A DNA stretch of 64,000 bases, taken from assembly GCA_004431415.1 (NCBI GenBank), contig QPMI01000449.1, forward strand, positions 128,245 to 192,244, read 5' to 3'. How positions within the stretch are numbered: position 1 is the first letter of the stretch; each line of letters opens with the position of its first letter. The notes beneath the pieces are model-generated. The model was not told the origin of the DNA, ran no database searches, and worked only from the letters and a program-made list of their open reading frames with translations. The position numbers and the translations under genes are program-made. Positions 13,538-25,354 of this stretch are shown here, piece after piece. Source of the stretch: Cyanophora paradoxa CCMP329 (lineage: Eukaryota > Plantae > Glaucophyta).

Positions 13538-14302
13538 ATGGGGCGGCGCACGTACTACTGCGACTACTGCGACAGGAGCTTCCAGGACAACATCGTCTCG
13601 CGCAAGCGCCACCTGGACAGCGCGAGCCACCAGGCCGCCGTGCGGGCGCACTACGATCTGTTCAAAGACCCGCTGGAGGCCCTACGCTCCGAGGCTGCGA
13701 AGCCCATGTGCCAGATGTGGTTCCGTTCGGGCGCCTGCACGTACGGTGCGCTCGGCCCTCGCGCTCGCTCAGGGCCTGCGGGTTCCCGACCGCTCCCGCG
13801 CGCTCTGCAGGCCCGCGGTGCAAGTACAAGCACACCATGATCGATCTCGGTGCGCGATGCGTCGCTTTCCATTCCTCGCTGCGCGCTGACGTTGTCCGCA
13901 GCGTCGCTCCCGTGCGCCGTCGCCGTGTTCTTCGGTCCTCATCCTCCTTCGCTAATCGTGCGCCGCGCAGGCCGCCCGTCGTGCAGGAAGAATCCCTTCC
14001 AGGTGCTTAGCGTCGCTCCCCGAGCCGTCTCGTCCCACTTCCCGATATTCCCTCACGGGCGCGCGCACGCAGGCCCCTGGGTTCGCGTGGAGAAGCGCAG
14101 ACCGCTCGCGAAGCCGAAGGACGAGCCCGCTGAGCCCCCGGCGCCCACTCCGGCGCCCGCCAAGCGACCAGCCACCGGCCCTGTACCCCTCTGGATGATC
14201 GCGGCGGAGAGCGGCGTACTCCCCAGCGACCTGCCGCCCAGCATGCACCCGCCGCCCCCGGGCGGCTGGGTTCTCCAGGGCCCGCCCGCGGAGTGGGGCT
14301 GA
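13538..14302 (+). CDS. ZMAT5: Zinc finger matrin-type protein 5 (U11/U12 snRNP 20 kDa)
   Basis: MGRRTYYCDYCDRSFQDNIVSRKRHLDSASH (U1C-type finger), CCCH finger C..WFRSGACTYG-PRCKYKH and C-terminal LPPSMHPPPPGGW..PPAEWG all match the ZMAT5 pattern. Several short introns. Confidence 0.93.
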
Positions 14303-16403
14303 AGCCGCCGCCCCCTCAACATCGGCTCGACACTCCTCTCGGAGAGGCACATTCACCCGCTCCCTTCGGCGCCGGGTACGCTCCGGCCCGTCTCCCGCTC
14401 GAGCCGTGAGACGATCTCCCGTGCCTGACGAAAGATTGCGGCGCGGTTTCCGTGCGCAGAACGTGGCTCTCTTTCGGCCCTACGGGACCCGCGAACCGCA
14501 ATCGATATCGGCGCCGGCCCGCTCCCTCTCCGCTCCTAATCCAGCGGGACTAGCCCCCACCCCCTCGCACGTCTATCAGTCCAGCGGGCCCAGTTTTGGC
14601 TGCCACTCGCTCCGCCGCGCGCCGAGGGCCGGGCGGGCCCTCGGAACTCGCCCGCCCCCTCTCCCTCCGCCCCCGCTCCCCCCCGTTTCCACACGATTCA
14701 ATCGAATCCGACGGCACACGCGCCGAGGGCGAGAAGTACAAGGAAGGGAAAGCGACAAGTTGAAGGCGGGCGGGAAGTGGTAGGGAAGGCGAGGGGGCCA
14801 GGGGCGGCGCGGGAGAACGGGATCGTGATCGGGGCGGCGCGGGCCCGATCGCGAGGCCTAGAAAGGGCCATGATCGGAGGGGGAGAAGGGCACTGGCCGG
14901 GACGAGGGGCCGGGAGGAGGGGCCATGATGATAGGACGGGCCCCGCAGGGGGGAGGGGCGGGCGGGGGGGGGGGGGGGGGGGGGTGGAGGAGGAGGAGGA
15001 GGAGGAGGCGGGGGTGGGTGGGGGGTGGAAGAGGTCGTTGGTCGTTGAGGGAAGAGGGCAGCGGGCCCAGGGAACTCCGTACCCCTTCGAATTCCCCCCC
15101 CCCCAAAAAAATCAAAAGTAACCAAAAAGAGTACATCGACCCCGCGCCGCGCTGCGCAGGCGTCATATTCGCGAGGAGCCCGTCGCAAGCTTTCTAATGA
15201 CCCCCATATCGCGAGGCCTGGGGAGGGGGGTACAGGCAACTTTCGCACCTGCCCCGCGGCATGCCGCACACCGTTGAAACGGGCGCGTTGCGGCGAATCC
15301 GACGGCGACGGGCGCAAGGCGCGGCGGGCCCGGCGGCCCCGTCGTCCAGGGGTACACCTGACAAGCTGCTGGGGGCCTGTCAGACCCCTGCAGAACCAAG
15401 CCGGGGGCGAGCGCACCCGTGCCACCCGACGGTTAGAAGCTCTCTCGGACAATGAGACTCTGTGTAATTGATGGGCGGCGCCCGCAGGGAGGGGCAGAGG
15501 GGCGGATCGTCGTGACGAGAGCGGAATTCGCGTCCGGTCCACGTCGATGGGACGTACTCCGGGAGCGGAACCTGCGATCGACCGTGTGCAGACCCTAGCA
15601 AAGCGATCGCCGCGGCGCCCGCGCGTTCGAAGACGCCGCGAAGCGCCCGTCCGCCGCAATTCGTAACCGAGCCGGCGCCGCCACGTTTCAGCGCCGGCAC
15701 GGGCGGCGGTGCGAGGTCGGCAGTGACTCTGCACACGAATCCTGCGGCACGGGCAAGCACGCCAGTCAGCCGGGAGCGCAGCCCGCCGCGACGGCGAGCG
15801 CCAAACCACCGCGCTGAGACCGGCGGGCTCTCGCGGCCTCGACCTGTGCGCTCCACAACCGCACCTCACCATTTCAAGTTTGAGAGCCGTTGATCTGCGG
15901 CAGTATCGGGCGTCTACGTCAGATGCGCCTGAGACCGCGCCACTCGCACGGCCGACCGGCAGGGCGGACCGTGAATGGCTTCAGCATGTCTCACGCTGCT
16001 CGGCACGTCTGCGTGGCTTGCTTGTTCCGATTTGTTGAATTTTGTTCGCGGCGACGGGTACGAGAGACACGCCAGCGAGGACTCGAGCGCCTCAGCGAAC
16101 GAGTGCGCGGCGCGTACGTGCGAGCGCAGGAGTCATCTTAAGCGAGCGCGCAAGGGCAAGGCTCAGGTGCGGCGGGCGAGGGCCGTTGTGCCTCCTGTCA
16201 ACACGGCTCGCTCGGCCCGCGCGACGCCCGCTGATCCCCAGAGAGCCCAGATCGGCGCGGGGAAGGAGTTAGAGCACAGAAATCCGCTCGGAAGCGAGCG
16301 CGCTACAGGAAAACACGGGTGGGGACTGGTGCCGCGGGCACGCGACGTTGACGCCCGCTGAACTTCAGAACTGCGTGCGCAGATCCATCGGGAGCAGCCG
16401 GCA

Positions 16404-18010
16404 ATGCTGGGACGCAAGCTTAAGGGTGGGCGCGCGGCGAAGCGGGCCCGCGTCGAAGAGCTCGACCTCGAGCCAGCTGCAGCGGCAGCCGCGCCTCCAG
16501 AAGCGTCAGGTGCATTCGATGCGCTGCCGGACGCGTTGATGGGTGAAGTCTTCAAAACGCTCGGGCTGCGGGAGAGCTGGCCCCTGCGCGGCGTGTGCAG
16601 GTCCGATCTGCATGCGCTGCAGCTGCCTGCCGCGGCTGCCCTTCGTAGCTGAGGGCTCAGGATCGCAGGCGGTGGCGACGAGTCGTCGAGGAGACGCAGT
16701 GGGCGAGCTTGGAGCTGCGCGTCAAGGACGCGAGCTGCGGGCCGTGCCCAAGGACGCGGGCAAGGAGCGGGACGTCGTTGAGGGCGCGCACCCTCGTCTC
16801 CGCTCCTCGGGAAGCGGAAGCTGCTGCTCGCCAGCGGCAGCAGCGTTGCGATCACGATCGAGCGGGCGTCCCAGCAAGCGGCGGAGGTTACGTGCAGCGT
16901 CCTCAAGCTTGCAGCCGCCACTCAGCCGCGGGAGGTGGCTGTCAAGCTGCTCAAAGGATCGACATCGGTCGCCAATGACGAAGGCCCAGCCGATTTCGAC
17001 GAGCATTTCCTTCGCGGCCTCGAGCTTGGAGTGCTGCGCGCACTGCGGCCGCCGAAGAAGGCGGCCAGCCGTCTCGAGAGTCTCAGCGTCTGCCTCGACC
17101 CCGACAGCGAAGAAGGAGAGTGGGGCGGGTGGCCGTCGGCGTCCGCCGCCGAGCTGCGGGCCGCCCTCGCCCCCTTCGGCGCTAGCGCTCTTCGCTCCCT
17201 CGGGATTTTCGTCGACGACTCCGAAGCCGCGGCCGCCGTCGCCGCCGCCTGTCCCCTGCTCCGCTCCGTCCGCCTCCAGCCGAAACAAGTTTCGGATGGG
17301 GGCGGTTCGTGGGAAGCCGGGGCTTCGGACGTGATGGCGGCCCTGGCTCCCCTCGCGCACCTCGAGGAGCTGGTGATCGAGTACCCCGACCGCTATATCG
17401 GAGACGGTTGGACCCGGGGACTCGACATCAGCGATGGGCTGGTGGCGCTGGCGGACGGCGCCGCTGGGAAGACACTGCGGACCATATCGTTTCCGTCTGA
17501 GAGGGGGCTCGTAAAGTGCGCGACTAGCTATAGAACTCGACTCAACTCATAAACATACATGTAGAGCTGTAGCTAGCTATATAGGAGCGCAGTCGCGTTT
17601 CTTGCTGATACCCCACAATGCAGAAACGACGCTCTTCGTGCACTACAACGCTTGCCGAATCTGGAATCCATCTCTTGGCTGAGAGTGCGCGCGCAAATCG
17701 CTCTCGCTTTCGCCTCGCCATGCATATATGTGTCCACGTATATCAACGCTAACGTCGACCTTCACGCAGATCTGCGTTTACCCAGGGATGTATTCGTCCG
17801 AGGGTGTACAGGCGGGGGGGATCCTGGCCATCGGACGCGTCACGCGGCTGCGAAGTGTTGGCCTGATTGTCGATCTCGGGGACCCGCCCGTCCTGCAAGC
17901 CCTCACGGTGGCGCTCTCCGCCCTGCCCCGCCTCGAGTCGCTGGGTCTGGAGCTGGACGGTGGGTCCAGCTGCCGCCGCCGCCGCCGCCGCTGCCGCTGC
18001 CCCGCGCTAC
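16404..18010 (+). CDS. F-box-like / LRR protein (lineage-expanded family); apparent frameshift near 16800, 3' end uncertain
   Basis: FDALPDALMGEVFKTLGLRESWPLRGVCR-RWRRVVEETQW F-box followed by LRR-like LRSLGI, CPLLRSVRL, LAHLEELVI, LPNLESI. Clear paralog of the gene at 39916-42490. Confidence 0.7.
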
Positions 18011-18356
18011 AAAGACGTGTACAAAGACGCCCTGCAGGGCGTGGGAGGAGGGGGATGGGCGATGGGGGTTGGGGGAAGCGGGGCATTCGGGGAGGCGAAC
18101 TGTTGACGGGCCGGGGGGCGGACGAGGGTAAAGGGAAGGGGAGGCAAATAGAGCCTCGGAGCGCTCGGCGCGGCTTCAAGCCTGCGCGAGAACACAATAA
18201 CATCGTAAGGACAGAGCACAAGCCCCGGGGCCGGAAACAACACACACCGGTGCAGGTGCTTCCTAAATTGAAGGAGGGCGCCGGCGTGGCCGGGGGCCGC
18301 GACTCGTAGAACCCCGCCCCCGCCGCGGGATGAGCGAGCCGTGGGCGCGGCCCGCC

Positions 18357-18978
18357 TCACGGCGCGGCGTCCCCGTCCGGCTCGTCCTCCCGCCTGTGCA
18401 GCCGCGCCCGCTCGTGGGCGCTGGCCAGCGCAACGCCGACGGCCGCCCCGGCGCAGGAGCCGAATACGTCGGCCTGGAAGTCGAGAACGTCCGCCGCCCG
18501 GCCCGGGACGAAGTCCTGAGGCGTGCGTGAGCCGATCGATCACGGGGCATCATGATCACATGAAACCGCGCCCGCACCTGGAGAACTTCAGTGCATGCGC
18601 CGAAGGCGATGCACACGGCGAGGGACGCGAGAGCCGCCTGGCGGATCGGCATGCGCATCACGTCCTTGAAGCACGCCGTGCCGAGCGCGCACAGCCCTGC
18701 GATTGATATCGATGGGTCAGTTGCAAGATCGCATGCGCATCAGCGGGCGAGGCCCGCGAGCGAGCACAGGCCGTTAGCGTACCCGCGAAAGCGATGAAGT
18801 GCGCCTGCTTGTCCGAGAGGCTGAATGGCAGGGGGAGGCGGGTCGTGAGGCAGCCGATCAAAGTCAATGCAATGACAACGGCGAGGGCCACGAGGAGCCC
18901 GGCCCGCTGGCTCGCAGGCGCTGGCTGTGGCTGTGAGCTGTCTTGCGTGCGCATCGCGGCGCGTGCGCCGCGCTCCAT
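18357..18978 (-). CDS. VanZ-like family membrane protein, 3 exons
   Basis: Spliced reading gives a TM segment, SDKQAHFIAFAG, ...FGACTEVLQ-DFVPGRAADVLDFQADVFG, matching VanZ motifs DK..H and E..Q..PGR...D..AD..G. Confidence 0.85.
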
Positions 18979-19160
18979 AGCTCGTCGCCCGTCCGCGGTG
19001 TTCTTCGCTGTGATCTACTGGGGCGAGGACCGGCCGATCTTGCTCGAAACAAACTCTACTGTTAGCTACAGCGCAATGGGGTTGCGAACAATGGCCCAGC
19101 TGCACCGCGAGCCGCCAAACCTTGTTCAAGAGTGAGTCGAGTTGTGTACCCGGGTCGAGG

Positions 19161-22100
19161 ATGGCGACGCGCAAGCCGCCGTGGGCGGTGGCGTTGCTCA
19201 TTGCTGCGCTGGCCCTGCTGGTGCGAGCGCTCGCCGGCCGCGGACGCCGGAGCCCTGACCGCCGCGCTCGCAGGTCGTGTCGTCGCACTCGCACGGCGAC
19301 GTCTACGAGTTCACCCACGAGGAGGAGGCGCTCACGCACCAGCAGATCGTCGAACGGCTCGCGACCTTCGGGAAGACCTTCGCCCGGGCGTCGGCGGAGC
19401 GCTTGAAAGGGGCGCAGTCGCCTTCCTCGGCGGTCAAGGAGGTCCTGAACCGCATGAATGGGCCGCTGACGGACGAGTTCAGGTGCCGCCCGCGCGGCGC
19501 GGCCCCCTGCAGCCCGCCGATGCGCGGCCGCAGGTGGGCGCAGTCCGGCACGGTGGCGCGGTACATCGGCGTGGAGCAGACGAACGCCATCACTGTGCCC
19601 ATCACGATCAACATCGCGTTCGCCGGCTTCCAGGGCGACGGCGGCTACTGTGCGCCCGCGCCGCGCCGTGCCGCGCCGCTGCCCTCCGCTCCGCGCAGCC
19701 CGCGAGAGACCGCCTTCGCAGCGCTGAACGTCACTCTTGAGGACCTGGAGCCCTGGTTCGAGCACGTGGACCACGTCCTGCCGCACGCGAACGCGGCCGA
19801 GGGCGGCGCGCCGCTCGCGGAGCCCGAGACCGCCGTCATGTACTCGTACACGTACAACATCTTCCAGCTCGCGCCGGAGGCCTCCGCCGCCTTCCACTCG
19901 CTAGTCTGCCGCTCCCTGCGCCCCGTCGACCCGACCGGCCGGTGCGCGGCGCGGCGCGCCCGCTCCGCCTGCCCGCCCGCGCGCCCTCCCCTGAAAGATG
20001 GACCGCGGCGGCACAGGAGCCAGAACACAGACCAGCACGCGGACGTGAGGCGCGTGGACGCGGCGCTTGGGCTGCTGGTCGAGCGGCTGAACCTCACGCG
20101 CGGCGCCTACGCCCTGCTGGTCCTCAACCCGCGGGACCCCTCCGGCACCCGCGAGCGCTACGGCTACCGGTGCGGCCTCGTACCCCCCGTCGGCTCCTGT
20201 TTCCTGTACCCCCGGCCGACTCTTTCTCCCCCCAGGTACGGCTTCTCGGAGGCGGAGCTGGAGGTGCTGCGGGGGATACCGGATTTGCGGCAAATGGCGA
20301 GCCAGCGGCAGCACGAGATCGTAGCGCGGCGGGAGGCGGCGACGAGCTTCGCCGCCCGGCGCGCCGCCGGCGGCTCCTCGGTACCCCTCGAGGAGGAGCT
20401 GGTGATGCCCCCCGCTGGCCCGGCCCCCGGCCCCGCCCCCGGGCCCGGCTCCAAGACGCCCGCTGAGAAGGCCGCGGAGGAGGCCGCACGGCGCAAGGCC
20501 GTCTGGGAGGGTACGCCTTCTGCTCTGGACGATTCCCCGTACCCCGCTGAAGCCGCGGCGGCAGCCTCGAAGCGGTGGGCGGAGGACCTGACGAGGGGCG
20601 AGGGCCTGGGCGAGGTGGGGGGGCAGAAGAAGGAGGGGGGTACCGGGCAACCGTCCCCGGCCGAGGCGCTGGCGGCGGGCATGCTGCGGTCGGACCCGCC
20701 GCTCGGCGCGTGGGCCGGGGCCCGCCCGCACGATTCGGAGGCGGACGCGCTGTACGCGGGGCGCGCCATCGCGGGGGGCGCCCCCGCGCAGCCCTGCGCC
20801 ACCGACCTCTGGGTCTCCGACCGGTGCGACGCCTACGAAGCCACTTAGGCCTTCTTCGGCTAAACCTCGCTCATAACGTCTAGCTACGAAGCCTAAGAAG
20901 CCATAACGCCGCCTACGAAGCCACTTAGGCCTAAGCGCACGTAACGTCTAGCTATGAAGCCGCTCCCTCGACCGAGCATCCGACCCCCACTAGTGGCCTT
21001 CTAGTGGCCCCCCGCAAAGCCACTAGAAACCTCTCTTCAGCCAGCCTTCAGCTTCGCATAATGACGTTCTCCTGACTCGGGCGGGGCAGGTACGCGTGGG
21101 TGGACCTGAGCGCGGGCCCCTTCGCGTGGGGCCCGACGGTGGGCGGCGAGGGCGTCCGCTCGGCGGCCTCCCTGCCCCGCGCCTCCGCCGCCTACGACGA
21201 CCCCGAGGTGAGCCGGCGTCTTAGAGGCCGAGACGAGCCTAAAAATAGGCTAGAATCCCATCAGAAGACCTTAAAAGAAGCTGAGACAATCTTAGAGGGC
21301 CATGTCCTAGAGGCCGAGGCGATCCTAGAACGAGAGGCCTAGAGAGATGGGACGATTCTAGAGGGCCTAGAGTAGGTTAGGGCCGAGGGCCCGGCGCCGA
21401 CGAGGCGAGTCGGCAGCGACCTAGAAGGGGGGTAGAATGAAGGGGGGGCTTGCCTTGAAGTGAGGGGCAGGGACGAGTCCAGCGAACGCGGAGTTGAAGT
21501 CTCCCTCTAGGCCTAGCCTCTAGCCGCCGCCCACGGCTAGAGGGAAGCCAGGGACCCTTTCAAGGGCGAGCCAAGGGGAGCTTAGAGCAGGCGAAGAAGA
21601 AAAGCCCAAGGCCATCTAAGGAGTTAGAGCAGAGGCCTCTCGACTTTCGGCCCTCGCTCCGCCCTTCTATCTTTAGATTCTCACCGCGTCCCCGCCCTTC
21701 CCCGCCGCCCGCCGCCAGGTGCTGGTGGCGCGGAGCAAGGAGGCCTCGGAGCGGCTGGCGGGAATGGCCCCCGGCGAGGCCGGCGCCGCCTCCCAGGAGC
21801 GCGAGGTCCTCTCCCTCTTCCTCCACCGCTTCTGCCAGGCGCTCCTTTCCTTTCCTTTCCTTTCCTTTTCTCTTGTTTTCGTTCCTTTTTGACGCGCCGC
21901 AGGACGAGCGGGAGGCGGCGGGGCGGCCCCTCTGCGGCGAGATCGCCTCGCGCCTCGCCTCCCTCGACTCGGGTTCGAATCCGCCCTGAGCCCTTTTCCT
22001 TCCGATCTTCTCAGACCGGCCGCAGGGGCGCCAGCGGAGGGCGCGGGGAAGGAGGGGAAGGCTGGAGCGGGCAGCCTGCTGGAGTCCGTCACGGGCTCCC

Positions 22101-24510
22101 ATTCCGGCGAGGTGCGCGGCACTTGGAACGGGGGGGGGGGTTCCCTTTCCAAACCGCTGTGCCGCCCCCGCCTGACGGCTCGCCAGGGATCGATCTCGGA
22201 GGCGCTCGGCGGCTTCCTCGCGCACCTCGCCGCCTCCGTCTCCTCGTGCGCCGTACCCCCGGCAGAAGGCGGCTATTTTTGGCTCAGCGGGCGGCCGCGG
22301 CAGGTTCGTGCGGCACGTGGCTACCCCTCCGAGCGCGCCGCACCCCCTACCCCCCGCCGAGCGCCTCCTCTTCCACCTCTACGTCCTCGCCCCCCACGAC
22401 GTGCGCCCGTACCCCCCGCCCGCTCGCCCCCATCCCTCATCAACGTACCCCCGCCGCAGCGCTTCGACCCGCTGGGCGTCGACGGGTTCGACGTAGAGGC
22501 CTTCGTGCGCAATCCGGCGCTGTACCCCCTCGAGGGGGTACGGGTCCCTGACGCGGATTCCACGTACCCCTCTGCAGAAGGCGGCCCTGCTCCGCGTTCA
22601 GCTTCCCCATCAGAACTTCCTCTTCGCCCTTCACCGGTACCCCGCCCGTGCCATGTCCGATTCTGAACGCCCGCCGGCCTGATCCCGTACCCCCCAGGGT
22701 CAAATCGACCGACGATCCCGAGCTGTGGGCGGCTGCCGCTGGCTCCCTCCGCCCCGCCGTCGTCCCCACCCTCACGTCCGACGGCAAGTTCGAGGCGCGT
22801 ACCCCCAGCTTCATCCCGGTACCCCCGGCTCCCGTGCTGAGGCTGTACCCTCTCAGGCGAGCCGCCGGGTGTTCGTGGATTCCCTTCTCCTGCGGGACCG
22901 CCTGCGCTCCCTCTCCTCCCGCCTCCACGACGGGCCGAGTGCGCCCCGCCGGGATTCGAACCCGGAACGGGAGAATGGTTTCCTGCGAGCTGAGGCCTCT
23001 CGTCCGCAGAGGACCCGCTGACGGGCGGGGCCGGCCCCCACGCCCACGCCTCCGCCGCCGAGGCCGCCCGCCCCCGCTCCCGAGAGGTGCGCGCGCGACT
23101 CGTATACCCCTACTCAGAGCTCCGGTCCGGGTCGAGCGTGTACCCCCAGATCCCGATCTTCCTCCTCTCCCTCGACCACGAGCTACCCGTCCTCATCGAT
23201 CGGTTCGCCCCCCCCCCTCCCCCCGCTTGCATTCTTTCGTACCCCGTGACCTCTGGCGGGGGTACAGGGAGTACCAGGCAAAGGCCCTCGAGGATATGGT
23301 GGTCATCGTGCAGTCCCCTCATCCCCGGTGATCCAGTACCCCGAAATCGGATCCGTACCCCCTCACTCCGGCCGCAGCTTCGCGGGCGGCCTCTCTTGCG
23401 ATGGCGCACCCGTACTCTCCGACCTGCGGTACCCCGTCTCTCTTTTGTATTTTCGGCGGCGTACCCCCCTCACATCCCCGCAGGAGCCCAGTCCGCGCCG
23501 CTGTGATGGCGACCCTGGGGCTCGTCGGCGGCCTCGTACCCCCCCACATCGCTCACAGCGGCGCCCTCCTCCGTCCCGTCCACGTGCGCCCGCGGTGCCC
23601 CCAGGATAGCCGTACCCCACCTGAATCCTGTACCCAGGACTGGACGTGGACAGCCGGCTGGGGCCCGGGCGCCTGCGTCGCCTCGCCCCCGCACGGCTCC
23701 CTCGCCGCGGGCCCCACGGGCTTCCAGGTTCGAATCCGCGCGGTGCCTTTTCTTTCTCGGGCGCCGATTCTTCTCTTTCTGGGCAGGTGGACGCGGCGCA
23801 CCGGGCGGGGGTCGCCTGGGCCCTGGATCGCTCCCTCCGCCTCCTGAACGAGGGCGTGAACCTCCTCTCCTCCCCCGACGCCGCCGCCCGTGCGCGCCCC
23901 GGCCCCAGGCCCCGCCTCCTCCTCCTCTTGAGCCTCGCCCTCTTTCGGCGCAGGCGCCGAGAACCACGCGCTCTCCGGTACCCTCCCCCTCGAGAACGCG
24001 TCACTCGCCTACATTGAGGCGACCCTCGCCTGGGCCCGCGTGCGCCGTACCCCCCCCCCCAGGAATCGCCACCGTACCCCTTCTCGCTCTGACTCGGTAC
24101 CCCCGTCAGATTCTCCCCTCCGTCGAGCGGCACGACTTCGCGGCGGCCTCCTCGGAGCTGCCGGGCCTCCTCGTGCACGCCGAGCGGTACCCCCCCGGCC
24201 TCGCTCGACCGAGGCCTCCCGCCAAGGGCGCCGGTTGCGACGGCGTCGCAGGTTCCGGGCTCTCTCCGATGAGATCGTGGCTGCCATGCGCCCCTTCGCC
24301 TGCCGCAGGCCCGAGCCGGTGCGGGCGGCCGATCTCAAAAGTGGAACGCTTTCAAACTCTTCGCAGGCGCGGGGCCCGCTGGCGAGGTGGGCCGCGGAGG
24401 CGCTCGTGGCGGCCGGCGTCGCGGCGGCGGGCGCGGCGGCCCTCGGGCTCGGCTTCGGCCTCTGGTGGCTACTCGCGCGGCCAGCGAGGCCCAAGCCCAA
24501 GATCAACTGA
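19161..24510 (+). CDS. Conserved uncharacterised type-I membrane protein, Arabidopsis AT4G16180-like
   Basis: Signal peptide, VPITINIAFAGFQGDG...LEPWFEHVDH, YAWVDLSAGPFAWGPTVGGEGVRS, IPIFLLSLD, and a C-terminal TM followed by RPKPKIN*. These match the plant family as I recall it. Confidence 0.8.
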
Positions 24511-25354
24511 GCCCCGGGGCCCTGCGCGTGCCGCCCTCTGTTATGTTGCGTCAACTCTCTGTCGTCGTCGGGCTGTTTGGGGGTTTTGAGGCTCGTGCTG
24601 TTTGAGCTGTTGAGTCTGTACATGTGACCGCCCTCTCGCCGGCTCGTTTGCAACAAGGCTTAAACAAGCACGCACATGTTTTTTTCTCGTATTCCGAGTT
24701 AGAGAATTGAATGAGAGCCCGGGTCACCGGGTCGAATCCCATTCGGGCGCCTTTCACCGTCTGAGCGCGTCACGATCTCCGCACGGACGCGCCCCAGCGG
24801 GGTCTCGCCCAGCAACCGGTGTCTCTTCACGGTGAACGTGTCAACCAGCTCGTTTCGGCATCGCTGGGCGACTTTGGTCGATTCGCGTGCCCGACAACGC
24901 GATTCGCAGCTGCAGGAGGCGCAGCGGCACACGATCGCTGCATGCGACGCCAGCGCGGTTCTTAAGCGAACAAGATCGACCCCGCGCTCTCGGCAAGTGC
25001 CTCGTTCAAACTTGGAGCTTTGCGGTGCGATCCCAGGAGGTGCTGACAGGTTAGTCACTTCCCGCCGAGCTCCTTGAGAACTTCGGAACAGCTTTTGAGA
25101 CCGGGCCTGCTTTGGATTCGCCTCGCCTCGCAGATCAATTGCGGCGGCAGCTGGCCATTGGGTGTGCGGCTTCCTACTCGTGCGAGCTGCAGAGTAGCAG
25201 CTGTCTGGTGCAGCCCGCTGGTGCAGCTGCAAGCGTGCCAGTCGCGGGCTGAGCGTCTCTGGGCAGGGATCCCTTAGCACGGTCAAGTCCGTTGCAACGC
25301 TCGATCCCGAGCCCGCAGGCCGTCGATCGCTTCATCAACAGCACACGTGGGTAG

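Noticed and set aside
14550-15872. Long minus-strand ORF and a CAACRGAG motif suggesting a DnaJ-type zinc finger gene
   Set aside because: Only one CxxCxGxG motif and no coherent exon chain that I could assemble. A spliced gene may exist, but I cannot support a product call.
24717-24749. tRNA-minihelix-like hairpin GCCCGGG...GGGTCGAATCCC.TTCGGGCG
   Set aside because: No D or anticodon arm and an imperfect T-loop; plausible by chance in GC-rich DNA.
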